DNA of 64,000 bases from Anaeramoeba ignava BMAN (Eukaryota > Protista > Anaeramoebae), in the NCBI GenBank assembly GCA_028826165.1, contig JAPDFW010000012.1, positions 1 through 64,000 of the forward strand, written 5' to 3'. Of the stretch, positions 60,178 through 64,000 are shown in pieces. A model generated the notes under the pieces. The model searched no databases. It worked only from the letters and a program-made list of their open reading frames with translations, and was not told the origin of the DNA. Position 1 is the stretch's first letter. Each line of letters begins with the position of its first letter. The position numbers were made by a program, and so were the translations under genes.

Positions 60178-62821
60178 ATGAGTCAAAGTCAAAATGCAAA
60201 TATAAATCAACTTTGTTCTTTTCTTTTAAAATATAAATGGTGTCATTCTTATCAACATTTTAAACTTAAAAACCATGCAGAACATCCACCAAAAAATGTG
60301 TTATGTCCAAATATTGTAAAATATGGATCTTGTAGAGATTCAAATTGTCCTTATCAACGTAATTAAAATTAAAATTAATTTATAAAATTAAAATTCAAAT
60401 TAAAATTAAAATTCAATTCAATTTAATTTAATATTCAATACAATTCAATTCAATTTAAATCAATTCAATATTTAATTTAATTCAATTCAATTTAATTTAA
60501 TTTAATTCAATACAATTCAAATTAAATCCAATTCAATACTCAATTCAATTCAATATTCAATTTAATTCAATTCAATTCAATATTCAATTTAATATTCAAT
60601 TCAATTCAATTCAATTCAAATTCAATTCAATTCAATATTCAAATTAAATCCAATTCAATTTAATTCAATTCAATTCAATTTAATATTCAATTCAATATTC
60701 AATTCAATTCAATTCAATATTCAATTTAATATTCAATTCAATTCAATATTCAATTCAATTCAATATTCAATTCAATTTAATATTCAATACTCAATTCAAT
60801 TCAATATTCAATTCAATTCAATTCAATATTCAATTTAATATTCAATTCAATATTCAATTCAATATTCAATTCAATTCAAATCAATTCAATACTCAATTTA
60901 AATCAATTCAATATTTAATTCAAAATTCAATTCAATTCAATTCAATATTCAATTCAATTCAATTCAATATTCAATTCAATTCAATTCAATATTCAATTCA
61001 ATTCAATTCAATATTCAATTCAATATTCAATTCAATTCAATTCAATTCAATTCAATTCAATTCAATATTCAATTCAATTCAATATTCAATTCAATTCAAT
61101 ATTCAATTCAATTCAATATTCAATTCAATTCAATATTCAATTCAATTCAATATTCAATTTAAAATTCAATTTAATATTCAATTCAATATTCAATTTAAAA
61201 TTCAATTCAATATTCAATTTAAAATTCAATTCAATATTTAATTTAAAATTCAATTCAAATCAATTTAAAATTTCTTTAGATGTCAATCCAAAAAATAAAT
61301 ATTATAATCAAATTGTTCAAAACGCTGATCCTAATGGTGAATTACACAAAGTAAAAAGAGAAAATTGTTATTATTGGTGTGATCTCCAAATGAAAGATCA
61401 AATATGTTCAAATTATGCAAATTCAGGAGATTGTCCAGATTTAAATTGTTTATTTCAACATCATACAGATAAAAATTTTGTTAGAAACGATCCAGTTATA
61501 CAAAAATACACCCCAATATTACCAAGAAAAAGAGATAAGAAAACATCCAAAAGAACAGGCAAACCAAAAGAAAAGAAAACTATTGATGATCTTGACAAAT
61601 TTTATAAGCATTTAACAAAGAAAGTGAATCAAGCAAATGTACCAATGTATGCCAAATTATGTCCTAGTTTACTTGATAAAAAAGATAATACAATAATTGG
61701 ATGTACAAATCCAACATGTCTTTATGCACATCCAAATCCTGAAGCAATTATAAAATATAAACATGAATTTGATTCAAATTGGCTTAATACTATGTCAAGT
61801 GAATATTGTGAAGATTACGGAAAAACTTTTATTTGTACAAAATTAAGTTGCAAAAAACAACATATAAATTATTTAAATAATTTACCTGAAGAAGAACCAC
61901 AAGAAACAGATAATAGCCAACCTCTTTGCCCTTATTTAATGAGAAACTGGATGTGTAAATTCAAAACTGTTGAGATTATACATCAAAAGATAAAAGATTA
62001 GTTTGCAATTTTAGACATAATATTCCTCCTACTTTAAAGATTAAACAACAAGATGCAAAATTAGAAGATCTTAAAACTGATAATCCTATTTATATTGATA
62101 TTGAAAAGAAATTCAAGCATAACTGGACTTATGGAACAGTTCCAACTGTTATCAAAATTCAAAAAATTAATAACCCTTATTTATCACATTGGTTTAATAG
62201 ACGTAAATTATATCTTGAAGAAAGAAGAAAAAAGATATTTGCTGTTAATGAACTTTATCATGGAACTGATGAGAGATATTTAAAAACAATTATGGATACT
62301 GGATTTTATATTGTTAGTAATTATAATGCAAGTCCTAAATGTAAATCATCAGGATATAAAGGGAATAATAATCAACCATCTTTTTGTAATATTGATTGTC
62401 CCCATTGCAAGGAAAAACATATTTGGAATAAGTGCCATATGTATGGACTTGGGTAAGTATTTTTATTTAATTATTTCAATCAATTTTAAATTATAAATTA
62501 TTAAAATAAATTTTTTGAAATTTATAAATGAAAAGAATTTATTTGACTCTTTGCTCATCAAAAAGTGATAAATATGTGAAAGAATTAGGAAGTGACAAAA
62601 AACTTTTCTTATGTGATGTTTCATTAGGAGAATCATATTATCACAAAGAAAATCTTCAAAAACCTGATGCAGCTCATGATTGGGTATTACCTCCAGATGG
62701 ATATGATTCAATAACTGTTCCTGGAAGTAGAAATACTTCAACTTTAAATGTTTTGAATAATGAATTTATTATTTTCCATAAATTTCAAGCAATTCCTCGA
62801 TATCTTATTACTTACAAATAA
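60178..62821 (+). CDS. CCCH zinc-finger / PARP protein, copy 2; 3 exons, 1-nt deletion near 61971
   Basis: Paralogous to copy 1; introns 60359-61279 and 62453-62535; same ELYHGT / GIYL / NNEF motifs. Confidence 0.88.
60400..61265. repeat. (TTCAA)n / TTCAATA satellite filling intron 1 of PARP copy 2
   Basis: Directly visible. Confidence 0.9.
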
Positions 62822-62849
62822 ATCAATTCAATTTATTTGGATTATTTCT

Positions 62850-63325
62850 TTTAATCAAATCAAATCAAATTAAATCAAATTAAATTAAATTAAATTAAAT
62901 CAAATTAAATTAAATTAAATCAAATTAAATTAAATTAAATTAAATTAAATTAAATTAAATCAAATCAAATTAAATCAAATTAAATCAAATCAACAAATTA
63001 AATTAAATTAAATTAAATCAAATTAAATTAAATCAAATCAAATTAAATCAAATCAAATTAAATCCAAATTAAATCAAATTAAATTAAATCAAATCAAATC
63101 AAATTAAATTAAATTAAATCAAATTAAATCAAATTAAATTAAATTAAATCAAATCAAATTAAATTAAATTAAATCAAATCAAATCAAATCAAATCAAATT
63201 AAATTAAATTAAATCAAATTAAATCAAATTAAATTAATTCAAATTAAATTAAATCAAATTAAATTAAATTAAATCAAATTAAATCAAATCAAATCAAATT
63301 AAATTAAATCAAATCAAATTAAATT
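62850..63325. repeat. (AAATT/AAATC)n pentamer spacer between PARP copies 2 and 3
   Basis: Directly visible. Confidence 0.9.
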
Positions 63326-63469
63326 AAAAAATAATCAATTCCACTTTTTTTTTTAATTCAATTCCTTAAAAAAGAAGAATAAAAAGAAGACATTTAATTA
63401 ATTAAAAAAATTTTATTTTCCTTTTTTTTTTTCATTTTTTTCCTTTTTTTCCTTTTTTAAATTACAAAA

Positions 63470-64000
63470 ATGAGTCAAAGTCAAAATGCAAATATAAATC
63501 AACTTTGTTCTTTTCTTTTAAAATATAAATGGTGTCATTCTTATCAACATTTTAAACTTAAAAACCATGCAGAACATCCACCAAAAAATGTGTTATGTCC
63601 AAATATTGTAAAATATGGATCTTGTAGAGATTCAAATTGTCCTTATCAACGTAATTAAAATTCAAATTAAAATTAAAATTCAATTCAATTTAATTTAATA
63701 TTCAATACAATTCAATTCAATTCAATTTAATTCAATTCAATTCAATTCAATATTCAATTCAAAATTCAATTCAATTCAATATTCAATTCAATTCAATTCA
63801 ATATTCAATTCAATATTCAATTCAATATTCAATTCAATTCAATTTAATTCAATTCAATTTAATATTCAATTCAATTCAATTCAATATTCAATTCAATATT
63901 TAATTTAATTCAATTCAATTCAATTCAATTCAATTTAATTTAACTTAATTCAATTCAATTTAATTCAATTCAATTTAATTTAATATTCAATTCAATTCAA
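63470..64000 (+). CDS. CCCH zinc-finger / PARP protein, copy 3 (exon 1 at 63470-63650 plus start of intron 1; truncated by window end)
   Basis: Exon 1 peptide identical to copy 2; GT donor at 63651 followed by (TTCAA)n as in copy 2. Confidence 0.8.

Noticed and set aside
18703-62821. Functional link between the TROVE-vWA gene and the PARP array (vault TEP1/PARP4-like system)
   Set aside because: They are 35 kb apart with unrelated housekeeping genes between; the TROVE protein is Ro60-type, not TEP1, and the PARPs lack BRCT/VIT/vWA domains
1-64000. Alternative genetic code, tRNA/rRNA genes or transposons
   Set aside because: Conserved genes translate correctly with the standard code and end in TAA, TGA or TAG; no tRNA cloverleaf, rRNA, transposase, reverse transcriptase or terminal repeats were recognised

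Overview
Extremely AT-rich, gene-dense eukaryotic (protist) DNA with standard-code genes, GT-AG introns and introns/intergenic spacers filled with simple or tandem repeats. The style (poly-QN/EN tracts, BTB-BACK-TLDc family, TCA-type initiator motifs) suggests a metamonad such as Anaeramoeba, but that is inference only. About 18 genes are supportable: a HUWE1/Tom1-like E3 (N-terminal part), Sin3, a divergent actin-related protein, Ro60/TROVE, SART1/Snu66, a bZIP factor, a CH-DH-PH RhoGEF with giant coding repeats, NOL10/Enp2, a small orphan ORF, a strongly divergent histone H4, RBM28/Nop4, a bacterial-type alpha/beta hydrolase, two BTB-TLDc genes, a 4xPH-NCS/EF-hand fusion, and a tandem array of at least three CCCH-zinc-finger/PARP genes. 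Many genes carry single-base frameshifts that look like uncorrected long-read errors. The most interesting item is the CCCH-PARP array: ZAP/PARP12-like architecture but with an intact H-Y-E triad, a Cys/His-rich D-loop insert and fast-diverging fingers, making it a candidate protist RNA-sensing ADP-ribosylation defence system. Also notable: an H4 variant lacking K20, Ro60 in a protist, six frabin/ITPKA-like actin-binding motifs in the RhoGEF, mirror-image initiator bidirectional promoters, and three unrelated tandem arrays with 154-161 bp units. All coordinates and alignments were read by eye; repeat boundaries are approximate.
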